Notes under the pieces: model-generated
Databases searched by the model: none
Seen by the model: only the letters and a program-made list of their open reading frames with translations
Told to the model about the DNA's origin: nothing
Translations under genes and position numbers: made by a program
Source of the DNA: Camelus dromedarius
Lineage: Eukaryota
Assembly (NCBI RefSeq): GCF_036321535.1
Contig: NC_087436.1
Location: 75,270,001-75,334,000, forward strand
DNA: 64,000 nt
Reading direction: 5' to 3'
Part shown: positions 52,598 through 64,000 of the stretch, piece by piece
Numbering within the stretch: position 1 is the first letter of the stretch
Layout: each line of letters opens with the position of its first letter

Positions 52598-54165
52598 TTT
52601 TCCCAGCTTTGTTGAGGTGTAATTGATAAGTAAAAACTATTTATATTTAAGACGTACAACTTGATGATTTGATATATGTATATGTTGTGAAATAATCACT
52701 ACAATCAAACTAATAAACATTTCCATCACCTCACTTAGTTATTATTTCCTTCCTTCCATCCTTCCTTCCTTCCTTTTTTAAAATTGAAGTACAGTCAGTT
52801 ACAATGTGTTAATTTCTGGTGTACAGCAAAATGTCCCAGTCATGCATATACATACATATATTCATTTTCATATTCTTTTTCGTTAAAGGTTATGACAAGA
52901 TATTGAACATAGTTCTCTGTGCTGTAGAGGAGAACCTTTTTTGTAAAATCTGTTTTTATATATAGCTATTTTTATATATGGCTAACATTTGTAAATCTCA
53001 AACTCCCAAATTTATTCCTTCCTACCCCTTTTCCCAATAACCATAAGATTGTTTATTGTATCTGTGATTCTGTTTCTGTTTTGTAGATGAGTTCATAGTC
53101 CTTTTATTCTTCTTTTTTTAGATTCCATATAAGAGTGATGTCATATGGTATTCTTTCTTTCTGGCTTATTTCACTTTGAATGATCTATGGGTCCATCCAT
53201 GTTGCTGCAAATGGCATTATTGTATTCTTTTTATGGCTGAGTAGTATTCCATTATATAAATATACCACACCTTCTTTATCCAGTCAACTGTTGATGGACC
53301 TTTAGGTTGTTTTCATGTCTTGGCTATTGTATATAATGTTGCTATGAACACTGGGGTGTATGTCTCTTTTTGAATTAGAGTTCCTCCAAATATATACCCA
53401 AAAGTGGGATTGCTCCTTCCTTCCTTTCGTAGTGAGAACACTTAAGATCTACTCTCTTAGCAACTTTCAAGTATATAGTGCAGTATTGTTAGTTACAGTC
53501 ACATTGTTGTACAGTAGATCCCCAGAACTTGTTTGTCTTGCATAAGTGAAACCTTGTACCCCTTGACTAACATCTCCCCCTCCTTTTCCCCCTACCTCCT
53601 GTCAACCATTCTACTCTCTGTTCCATGACTGTAACTATTTAAGATTCCACATATAAGTGCGATCATGCAGTATTTGTCTTTCTGCATCTGGCTTATTTCA
53701 CTGAGCATTCTGTCCTTCAGGTCCACGTATGTTGTTGCAAATGACAGGATTTCATTCTTTTTTAAGGCTGTATATATATAGACATTATATATATATATAT
53801 ATCTCACATTTTCTTTATCCATTCTTCTGTTGATTTAGGCTCTTTCCATATCTTGGTTATTGGGAATAGTGCTATTTGAACATAGGAGTGCAGATATCTC
53901 TTCAAGATCCTGATTTCATTTTTTTCGACATATGCCCAGAGTGGGATTGCTGGATCATAAAGTAATTCTATTTTTAATTTTTTTGAGGACCCTCCATACT
54001 GTTTTCCATAATGGTTGCAGCAGTTTACATCCTCACCAGCAGTGTATAAGAGGTCCTTTTTCTCCACATCCTTGTCCACACTTGTATTTTTGTCTTTTTG
54101 TCTTTTTGATAATAGTCATTTTAACAGTTTTGAGGTAATATTTCATTGTGGGTTTGATTTGCGTC
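52598..54165 (-). mobile_element. L1MA9-like 3' end hosting a younger L1
   Basis: ccatcacctcac.tagtta ... gtgagaacacttaagatctactctcttagcaactttcaag is continuous across the inner insertion. Confidence 0.85.
52777..53413 (-). mobile_element. Younger L1 3' end nested in the L1MA9-like element
   Basis: 14-bp TSD TCCTTCCTTCCTTT (52763, 53414). Confidence 0.88.
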
Positions 54166-57100
54166 TATTAAAATTTTTACAAAATATCTTTGGTGTTTTG
54201 TCAAAGTTTGATATATTCCTGGGAGTGTTACTCACTGTATATTGTGGTGGAAAAAAATGGAAAATGTCTAGTCTAATCTGTAAACCTTATGAATTAAAAT
54301 TAAGGTGGTTTAAAGGAGATAATTAGAGCTCTTCAGTGCTGGTGTTCTTTTCAAAAGTTGCTGTGCTATATAGCATTATTTTCTTTTACTTCAAACCATA
54401 ACACAAGAGAGGTAGCCCACAGAAATGAAAATGTCTCAGCTTGGTGTCAGTGCTGGTGTTCATCAACAAGCTCAAGAGTTTTTATGGGGAAGAAAAATGA
54501 AGAGAATTGGGAAGCTTTCCCTATTAAGTGCTCAAAGTCCCCACTAAACACTTCATGAATCTTGCTTGGTCAGCTGCTTTTAAACACCCTGAACTTGTCA
54601 GCAGTCGGGGGAGTACTTGGCATCTTGTGGGCATATTCAGAAGGGAATTAATAAAACCAGCTATTCCTTAATTTCCTTAATATTGGGTATTGTAGGCTAT
54701 CACTGTTCTCCATTATAGTATAACAAGAATTCATCATTTTTTAAGGATTCTTCATTTATTTTTAAATACTGAGTGATATGTTTTTAAGTGGGGGGCTACT
54801 CTTTATTAAAATGTAATTATTCTGAGGTAGAAACTAATTTTTTTTTTTGCAGAAAATCAGCAGCACATCATCACTGTGCTAGGTGCTGGAATAAATTTTG
54901 AGAAGTAATGAGCTTCCTTTAACTAGAGTTATTCAAGTGGAGACTGGACAGCCAGTATCATAAATGAGATAATGGTGGCTTGGTCTAGATGATTTCCAAA
55001 AGCCTTTCTAATGTGGGTTCTGACTTGTGTGGACTGAAGATTAGAGCTGTGTGTTTCTGCCTTAAGGAAGCCCTTAGAGGGCGTGAGAAAATCTCCTTAC
55101 TTCAGAGTATACAACGAAGATTTCTCCTGTGCATTTCTTCAAAGGGACCAATTTTGTACCTTTGGATAACAGGCGGTGAGAACTGGGCTCTACATGCCTC
55201 AGATGATTCTTGTTTCTTTGCTGGGTTTTTATAAATTGCCCGCCGTTCCTCTTCTAAGAATTCATATCTTCTGAGAATAATTGTGTGAGAAGAATAACAC
55301 AAGAGATTTTGTGCTTTTATTGATGAATAATCCTATGCATTTTCGTTCTTATTCATATTCTTGTGGTAAGAACAGATGTTTTAAGTTAACAAACACATTT
55401 CTCATGCTTTGTTTTGAATTTAGAAGATGCAGCTGAGCATGGCAGCCATATTAATTTGTTCAAAATATGCTTTGCATGATCATATATCTTAATTTTCTGG
55501 TCAGACCATACATTCCACACACTTTTTTTTTTTTTAAGTTTGTGTCATTTTTGCTCCACATTGCCTTACAATCTGATACCTACTTTTCTTCATTTGTCTG
55601 TTTATAACCACAAAATATATGTGTATATATACATGTTTATTTTATACATATACATTTACATATGTGTATGTATATATCCCCTAGAAGAGAACTGTCACTC
55701 ACTGATGACACCTTATGATGTTATCTTGTTAGAGTTACTTACTTTTTAAAGCCCTCTGCTTACTAAGGGAAAAGATAATATATAAATAGCCAATGACAGT
55801 TACGAATTAAGCCAGCCCCTGTTTTCTTAGAATTTGAATGGCAAGTTTCTGAAGAAAAGTTGGCTTTGAAAGTTTCATATGGATGGCATTTTGCTTCTGT
55901 GACAGGAAGGGGCACTTAAATATAAAATCAGCACAAAATAATTTTTAAAAATCTGAGCAGTTTCATGTAAAATAAGTACATAGCCTCTGGTATGCCAGCC
56001 AAATTCTTTTTAGCAATAATTTCTTAGTTTCCCAGAGTTTATAAACTAAGTGAAAGGAAGAAGGAAGGCAAAAGCTTTCATAGTAAGAGAGTTTATTGTT
56101 AATACCCAGGAGATGCTTGAGTTTGGGCCATGACCTGTGAGTTCCTTCCTGACAGCTCCCAAGATTGGTTACTTATTAAATTTATGTCATTCTTTTCTTC
56201 CAAGGGGAAATTGAATGGGTGTGGGAGGGGTTGGGGAGAGGAGGGTGTCTACACTGGAGAGCAGATTTCATAGTTTTTTGTACCTTACATTCTTGAAATG
56301 GTTTTGTAATAGTGAGTGGGAGAGAATTATTAACAGATATACTTATTCTTTGGTGCTCTTACTGTACTGAGTTTCCCTATAATCTAGAGGGGATTTGATC
56401 TAAGAGATGAGAGAACAGAAACAGAAAAAAATCCTAGCCTGAAGTTAGTGACTTAGAAGAACCCTCTCCTCCTCATATTTGCTGTGGGTGTATTTAGTAG
56501 TGGTGATCCATCTGAATTCCAGGTATTTATTGATCAACTTCCATGTGATCTAAAAGGTAGGAGCTATAAATCCTAGGTTCTCTACTCAACAGCCCCTTTT
56601 CTCCTTTTCTTTACTGGCAAAGTCCTAATTTTTTTTCCAGTTCCCACCCATTTCCCACATGACTTGTGTAAATCCTAGTTGCAAGCTAATTAGGAAGTTT
56701 ATATTCCCTTGCTGGGATTGATTTAGGGGTCAGAATATGACCTAGTTGTGGGCAATGAGATATGCCTGGAAGTTTACTAAGTTTTGGGTGCTTGAAAGAA
56801 CTCTTCTCCTCCCCAGCTCTGAAACAAAGAATAAGTATAGAATTAAAAATATCACCTTTTAATTTTTTAATCAGTGAAGCTAAAGTGGGGGATATAGCTT
56901 TAATTTTCATAGCCAAATAGGCTTACTGATTCCAAACCCCCACAATCCAGCAGACCAGGCATCACAGACAGAACTTTCCTGGGGGAACTGCTCAGGTAAG
57001 AATTACTGTTTGAAGTAGCAAAAGAAAACTTACGTTCTTGGTTGAAAGGTTTGCTTCCTAGAAGAGGGAGGAAGACAAAACTGAGTCAAGCACGACCAGT

Positions 57101-57238
57101 TACTCTTTTAAATTTACTAGTTAGCTCAATCATACCAGCTTCCCAGGGATAAGACAGCCCTGGCATTGTAAGGCGATATGCCTTCACAAGATGGAAACCT
57201 CAGGAGAAACAGGAATGCTTTATTAATGGAAGATATTA

Positions 57239-58277
57239 TATTATTATTATTATTTTAAATTTTTGGGGGGTTTGGGTTTTCAATTTTATGTATGTATGTA
57301 TGTATGTATTGAAATATAGTTGATTTAAAATGTATTAGTTTCAGGTGTACAGCATAGTGATTTGATATTTTTATAGATTATTTGTTTCCCTGTGCTGTAC
57401 AATGTATCCTTATTGCTTATCTATTTTATACATAGTAGTTTATATTTCTTAATCCCAAGCCCCTGTCTTGCCCCTATACCTTACCTCTCCCCACTGGTAT
57501 CCACTAGTTTTTTTCTACATCTGTGAGACTGTTTCTGTTTTGTTATATACATTTGTTTGTTTTATTTTTAAGATTCCACATATAAGTGATAACAATATAG
57601 TTTTCGTCTTTCTCTGTCTTAGTTCATTAAGCATAATACTCTCTAGGTCCATCCACGTTGTTGCAAGTGGCCGAATTCCATTCTTTTTATAACTGAGTAA
57701 TATCCCATTGTATATATATATGCCACATTTTATTTATCCATTCATCTGTTGATGGACACTTGAGTTGCTTCCATGTCTTAGCTGTTATAAATAATGCTAC
57801 TTGTGAACATTGGTATGCATGTATCTTTGAATTAGTGTTTCTTTTTTTCAGATATATACCTAGGAGTGGATTCTTGCATCATATGGTAGTTCTATTTTTA
57901 GTTTCTTGAGGAAGCTCCACACTGTTTTCCACAGTGGCTGCACCAATTTGTGTTCCCACCAACAATGTACAAGGGTTCCCTTTCCTCCACATCTTTGCTA
58001 ACATTTATTTGTTGATTGATGATAGTCATTCTGACAGGTGTCAGGTGGTATCTCATTGTGGTTTTGATTTGCATTTCTGTAATAATTAGTGATGCTGAGC
58101 ATCTTTTTATGTGCCTAATAGCCATCTGTATGTCATCTTTAGAAAAATGTCTATTTATGTCTTTTGCCCATTTTTAAATCCAGTTGTTTATTTTTTGATG
58201 TTGAGTTGTATGAGCTGTTTATACGTTTTGGATATTAACCCATTAAGGGTCATATCGCTTGCAAATATTTTCTCCCA
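57239..58277 (-). mobile_element. L1 3' end within an old MLT1 LTR (~56620-58545, +)
   Basis: ORF 57898-58125 [17 protein letters not shown]. Degenerate TSD TATTAATGGAAGATATTA (57221) / TATTAATGGGAAATTTTA (58278). Confidence 0.9.
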
Positions 58278-58599
58278 TATTAATGGGAAATTTTAAAACT
58301 TAGTCTTTGAACATTGTCATGTGAAGATGCGATCCCTGGAGCTCCTGCAACTGTTTTGCAACCATTAGGAAAAAGATGGGAAGAGTTTAGTTTCTTAAGG
58401 AGTTTGGTTGTTGATCTGCCAATTTAAGCAGCAGAAGAACTGACATTCCTGGAGAATTGTTATATGAGCTAAGAAATTCCCTCGTTGTTTACGCCAGTAT
58501 AAATAGTATTTAATATTACTGTAGCCGAAAACATTCTGATACCCTACAGTAAGATCATGAACTCAGTTGAAAGCAGTTTGAGATAAGTGTCAGCACAGA

Positions 58600-58845
58600 A
58601 TATAGAAGCATAGTTAAGGGTGGGAGCTCTAGATTCAGACTTCTTGAGTCTGAGTCTGAGCTCTTCACTGCTGTTTGACCTTGGACTACTTTCTTCATCT
58701 TTAAAATGTTGGTAATAGTTGTGCATGTATTATAGAGCTCCTGTAAGGTTAAATGAGATAATACATGAAAGTACTGGGGAGTTCATGTTAAGTGCCCACT
58801 AGTAAGTAGCAAGTGTGTGCTAGTGATTGATAATACTGTTATTCA
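58600..58845 (+). mobile_element. MIR
   Basis: agcatagttaaggg..gctctagattcagact...gaccttgg...ttaaatgagataatacatgaaagtact. Confidence 0.8.
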
Positions 58846-60289
58846 TGGAGGAAATCACTTTTGATCTTGGCCTTAAAATAAGGGTCAGTTTAGAATTGAA
58901 AGAGATGAGGGAATGGCTCTTTAGATAGGGGATCAGTATGAATAAATGCAGAAGTGGCAAAGGCAGTCCAGTTTGATTAAAGTGTGAGCAGTGGTGGGAT
59001 AAAACACTGGAAAGGGGTTTTTAAACTCCAGATCACATAGGGCCTGGAATAAAGCATTTGAATTACTTTCTAGGGGACCCTTTGAAATGGAAATCATTTG
59101 CTCTTGAATTCAAACTCTATCACTACAAACTGATTAGTGTATTGTTGGAAGTGAGAAATCATGGCAGCCTCCTCTGCCCTGTCCCTCCCTCTTCTCTTTT
59201 TCAGCAGAGTCCGGTTATAGTTCCTCTGCAGAGCTTTGGAGAGGGTGTAGGTGGCTCCATGTAACCGATCATCATTGCTGGGAAAAAAAAGATCAATGTG
59301 CAGACATATTCCAACAGTGAGTCAGTACTGTTATGTTCATTAATAGTTCAGCAAAAACAGGATCATCTGGCATTATGTCAAGTGAATCTCTCTATTAATA
59401 GGCATTAATCCACTCCTTTAATATGGATGTTCATAATGACTCCCCCTCAGGTGGTGGTGGAATCTTTCTCTTTCCTCTTTAGTTGGCATTGCTCATTTCT
59501 ACTTCACAGTTTGCAAAGATTAAATTATGTTCTGGATAGTATTAAGATAAATAAAGTACATTTTACTGTATTACATTTTTAAACTGAAAACTTTATTTTA
59601 TATATCCTACCCCAGATTTTGACGAGTATAATTTTACTCTCATGCTGGACAACAGAACTTATTATCTTTTGTTAGCTTTTTGAATTTTATCAGGTTTCTC
59701 ATTCCTACATTTAAAATATATTTTTGTTAAAAGAAAGATCAACTGTGATAAGATACTTTATGGAATGGTAGGACCTCTGGAAAATATGAACTGCTAGAAA
59801 AGATTCTTAATAATTTGAGGAATTAGGAGGAGAAGACAGGAAGATTTTATGGGACTAAGATAACTCAAGTGCTTAGGAAAAGGAGAGAAACTAACTCATG
59901 GTTCTTTAGTAGAATGAATTAAGCTGTTGAAGAAAAAACATCTTTTTACATTTCTTACTCTGTTTCACTGATGACTGGGAGGAAAAAACCTCAATTATAA
60001 GTCAGGAGATAAATATAAAGCATAATAGAAGAAATACTGTGAGCATCAAGGCATGTGTATTCCTGTGAAGTGTTTTTATGCAAATCTATTAAGGTCAAGG
60101 ATACTTAGTAAGCCAGAGTCTATCTTTAAAACTAAGAATTTCATTTTTTTGTACTATAAATAAATTAGAGTTAAGAAGAAAACACTTGAAAAGGGTAAAT
60201 ATTAGGTTTTTTAAAAAACCAAACCACAAAATCCAGAATATCATCCCAATTGTTGATGATGATTTGGTTTTTCTAAATGTGAATAGCCA

Positions 60290-61480
60290 TATTATTTTAT
60301 TTATTATATTTCAAGTAATATAAGCTTGTTCTAAAAGAAAAGAAGCCAGACAAACATATAATATAAAAAAGGAAAACATCTCTCTTAATTTCTGTAATTC
60401 CACAAACGAAAATAATTACTGCTAAATATTAAGTAAATTTATTACAGAACTTTTTTTTATAAGTGTATGTGTGTGTGTGTAACAAACAGACATCACAATA
60501 GGCATTTTTTGTCACTTTTTAAAAATTTAATACTACGTAATATCTTTTTATGTCAGTATTTATTGGTCTATATTATAAATCCTTCATGGATACACTGTAG
60601 CTTATTTTAGCCATCCCTATTAATTGGTATTCATATTACAATATATTAGTATTGTAGGAAACACTGTGATGAACATTCTTGCACCCCTTTATTTCCTGAG
60701 GGTAAATTTCTTAGAAATACAATTTTTGAGCCACATGATATACATTTTTAGAAAGTATTTTGTATACATGTATAATGAACATCACCAAATTGCCCTTCAG
60801 GGAAGTTGTACTAATTTTCACTCCTGTTGGCTGGTATTAATAGAGAATTCTGACGTAAGGATGAAACCAACGCTTGATTTTTTGGATGCTTGATGTTTAA
60901 AGGGCAATGGAATGGAAGACAATATTGACAAATTTGACAAAATTCAAAAAATATCTAACAATGTAAAACTAAAAAAACTCAAATAGAATACAGATTTTCA
61001 AAGAATTAGTATTATAAAGAAAATACAGGTAGCAAACAAATATATTAAGAAGAATCATTGTTAATAACCCAAGTAAGAATTAAACTGATAATAGGATATC
61101 ATCTTACACCTATTAGAAAAAAATTTAAATGATCAAATCTAGTTTTGATGAGACTTCTGGAAATTTGCTCTAAGGAATCAATTTAGAAGAAAGAAAAATT
61201 ATAGATAAAAAATTATAGACAAAAAATGATAGATAAAGTGTTCTTTCCAGCATTATTTATATTATAAACTAAGAAGTTATCTAAATGCCTATATTAGACA
61301 TTAGAGGAGTGGTTAAGTAAATCATCGTAGATTAAGTTGACATGGGACATTATATAGCCATTAAAATAATAGATGTGAAGAGCATTTGGCCGTGTAGACA
61401 ATTTATGAGGTAATGTTAAGTGAAAGGCAGAGTACTCAATTCAAACCCTGTGATTAAAATTATTTTTTAAAATGTGTCTT
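60290..61480. mobile_element. Old L1ME-like fragments (- at 60290-60830, + at 60940-61480)
   Basis: gtgatgaacattcttg..ccaaattgcccttcag on -; gatatcatcttacacctattag, tatatagccattaaaa on +. Confidence 0.6.
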
Positions 61481-61729
61481 TCTCTGATTGGAGTCTAATA
61501 AGGGGGAAAACTCATTTTATGTCAAAAGTTGAGGGAGAAAGCTTGTAAGTAGAGAGTATGGAACCAGAGGAGAGAGGGGATAGGAGTTATGAGAATAAAG
61601 AAACTGTGGATGGAGAAAATTAAGAAGGGGTAGATGGATGGAGAGGAATCAGATTTTAAGTGGCAGGGACCACCTAGGCCAGTTTCTTTTTCAAGGAGAA
61701 AAGCAAAGCAGGAAAAAGTAAATAGATTA

Positions 61730-62180
61730 TATTATTTAGGATTCGGTGTAAGTGATGGAAACGCAGTTCAAACTGGCCCAAGCAAAGCCTGTAATTTATT
61801 GCTCCCTTAACCTGGAAGCCCAAGAGTTTAACTCCAGGTGCAGCTGCACCCCTGTGCTCACATGGCACCTCTCCTGGCTGTGCGTTACTCTGGGTTGGCA
61901 CCATCTTAGGCAGCCTCTTTGTGGTGGCAGCGTTGGTTTACACAGTTCAAATAGCTCGTATTCACTGAGAGCCGCCTTTCAGAGTGATATCGCCAGTCAC
62001 AGTTCGAGGAGAATCTCTGCTTGGTCTGGTTGAGTCAAGGATTGTACCCCCAGATATAATCACGCTCTCATCGGGGAGGAAGAAACCTTATGATTTATCC
62101 ACATGACCAAGTAGAGGAGGGCAGTTTTAACAATGAGAGGATGCTGGCCAGAGAGACGGGAGCAGATGTTCTCCACAAGG
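61730..62180 (-). mobile_element. Old MLT1 (K/L-like) LTR
   Basis: ttaggattc.gtgtaagtga.ggaaac...aactggc..aagcaaa...aatttattgctc. Confidence 0.6.
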
Positions 62181-64000
62181 ATAAATAGACATTTAGAGGC
62201 TGTGTGGCTTGTTTACTAAGCCTTAAGTGAGAGCTGCCATCTGCTTGATTGGCCTGATCAACAAGGCTAGAGAAAGCATCATCGGAATCAGGTCGCCTTC
62301 TCTCTTGATTACCCCCGTTGTGGTCAGCCCTGGGCTAGCACCCATGTTTACTTGCCTTTACCTGAAGTTAAGAAAGTTGGACCCATTTCACTCTATAATA
62401 TACCTTTACTTATTTGAAAAGAATACACAGCAAAAGACATGGGCAGAATTGATGAATTAGGGCCATGTTGGTTTTTATTTTTTTTGGTGACTTGGAAGGG
62501 TGTGAAGTAAATGGGTGGTAGGTTAGATATTAATGCATTTTGAAACGGAATGTTTTATTGTTTTCTTGAAATGCTTGTTTGGAACATTTCTTGGATACTT
62601 AGTTCTTTGTTTCATTTATCTTCCTTTGATAAATGACTGGTACAAAGAGAAAACAGCCTGTAATGGAGACTGAAAATGTATTGACTGGAAAGATGGAGCT
62701 CAATGAGTGGGGGCTAGTCCTCTGGAATGAGTTGATGATTCGCTGTACAGCTTCCGTGGCAAACTCGTTGTCCAACTGTGAGGAATGGGAGCAGAGGAAG
62801 GTAAACCAGGGCACTTCAGGTATTAGGAGCTTCACACCGTTATCTGAAAGGGTTATCATTTCTAGGGTTTTTGGAGTTACAGTGTCCAAAAGGAAAAATT
62901 CCCCCTCTTTGACTCCTAAAAATATGGAAGAAAGATAGAAGTTTTGTGATATTGGAGAAATTAAGAAGTTTGTTAATTTCCCTATCCTTAATTTAGTGGC
63001 TATGAATTAAGCTTTCCTTTCCAAGTGTAAGGAAACTTTATTTAGGATATTAAACTTATTTTCTTCTCTTCAGTGAGACCCTCAAAGACTGCTTTTAGGG
63101 AAAGGAGATCAAAACACAGCCCATTTGTATTTAATCAAAGAATGTTAGTGACTCAATGTTAAGACGTAAGTTGCATTTCATGCTTGTGCTGATATTTCTC
63201 AGCATGAGTTTTGTATGGTAGAGGGGAGTCCTTACAGCTCAAGGATTATAGATGCCACTGATTCAAACCGAAGAGAAGCTGACTGAGTTTTGGTAGTTCA
63301 GGCAAAGGAACGTAGGTGGGAATTGGGTAGGAAAGAATAGGATATTGAAGATGTCTTGTGTGGAAGGACCCATGTAATTTTCTGTCAGTGTGAGTCCAAA
63401 ATATTTGAGTATTTATGTAAGAGAACTGTATGGAAACATTGGGGGATATACTGGAGAGAAAGAACAAAGAAACAGAAATGTAAGTTAAAAGGGTCTTTCT
63501 GAAAAAAACTTTGGGGGCCATTGGCATCGCATGGCTTTTTATAGCTAGAACCTTCCTTAAAAATCATGGCTTAATGCTTTGTTTCATTTCTTATTGTTGT
63601 TTTATCTCCTTGTAAAGATTCTTTGTGTGGATGTCAGAAACAGCTCAGTGTTAGTGTGGAAGTTGTTCTATGTCTCTGCTTTTGGGCATGGTTCCTAAAC
63701 TCTGTGTCCCCTCCGCCTCCTCCTGCTCCTCCTTCTTCTTCTTTGGTATATGCCTCAGCTTTTCTCATCTACATTCCTCTGTTCTAACATCTCATGTTTT
63801 TACCCCAAACTGATGATGTAATAAAACATGGAAAAAATTAGGAGCCAGACCTAAGAGCTTTCGTTTTCAATATTTACAGTTATCTCCTTATTGTAGTTTT
63901 TGTGTGTGTGTGTGTAACCATTTTTTTGTTTGTCTGTTTGTTTTTTTGGTATCTAATCATTAATGATTTTTTTTTTTTTGGTGTCTAACCATTAAAACTA

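Larger units (their letters stand above)
45350..64000 (+). other. FRAS1: FRAS1 intron 2 (partial, continues past window)
   Basis: I found no exon encoding the expected continuation (DATIWKPDSC...) downstream. Recalled mammalian FRAS1 intron 2 is very long. Confidence 0.85.

Noticed and set aside
1..64000. CRISPR arrays, operons, tRNA/rRNA genes or a novel multi-gene system
   Set aside because: None seen. The recurring similar sequences are dispersed L1, MIR and LTR copies, and the DNA is mammalian.

Overview
Mammalian genomic DNA, not prokaryotic. It is probably camelid (alpaca/camel), inferred from a Vic-1-like SINE tail and the young L1 3' ends. The one protein-coding gene I can support is the 5' end of FRAS1 on the + strand: a CpG-island promoter (~37.15-38.6 kb), coding exon 1 (38593-38668, signal peptide), a 6.65-kb intron 1, a 32-nt exon 2 (45318-45349), and intron 2 running off the window. 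The 37 kb upstream are intergenic and dominated by transposon fossils: L1 of several ages, ERVL/MaLR LTRs and internal pieces, MIR, L2, hAT MITEs and a Tigger fragment. Nearly all ORFs in the supplied track are chance ORFs or decayed TE fragments. I see no convincing previously undescribed biological system. The most interesting observations are regulatory (an overlapping uORF and a start-stop/cryptic donor in the FRAS1 leader; a UG repeat, G4 and duplicated GLI-like motif at the start of intron 1) and mechanistic TE traces (a tiny twin-primed L1, an L1 5' UTR fragment at an ERVL deletion junction, a multi-layer nested stack). Repeat subfamily names come from my memory of consensus sequences, and edges without TSDs are approximate.
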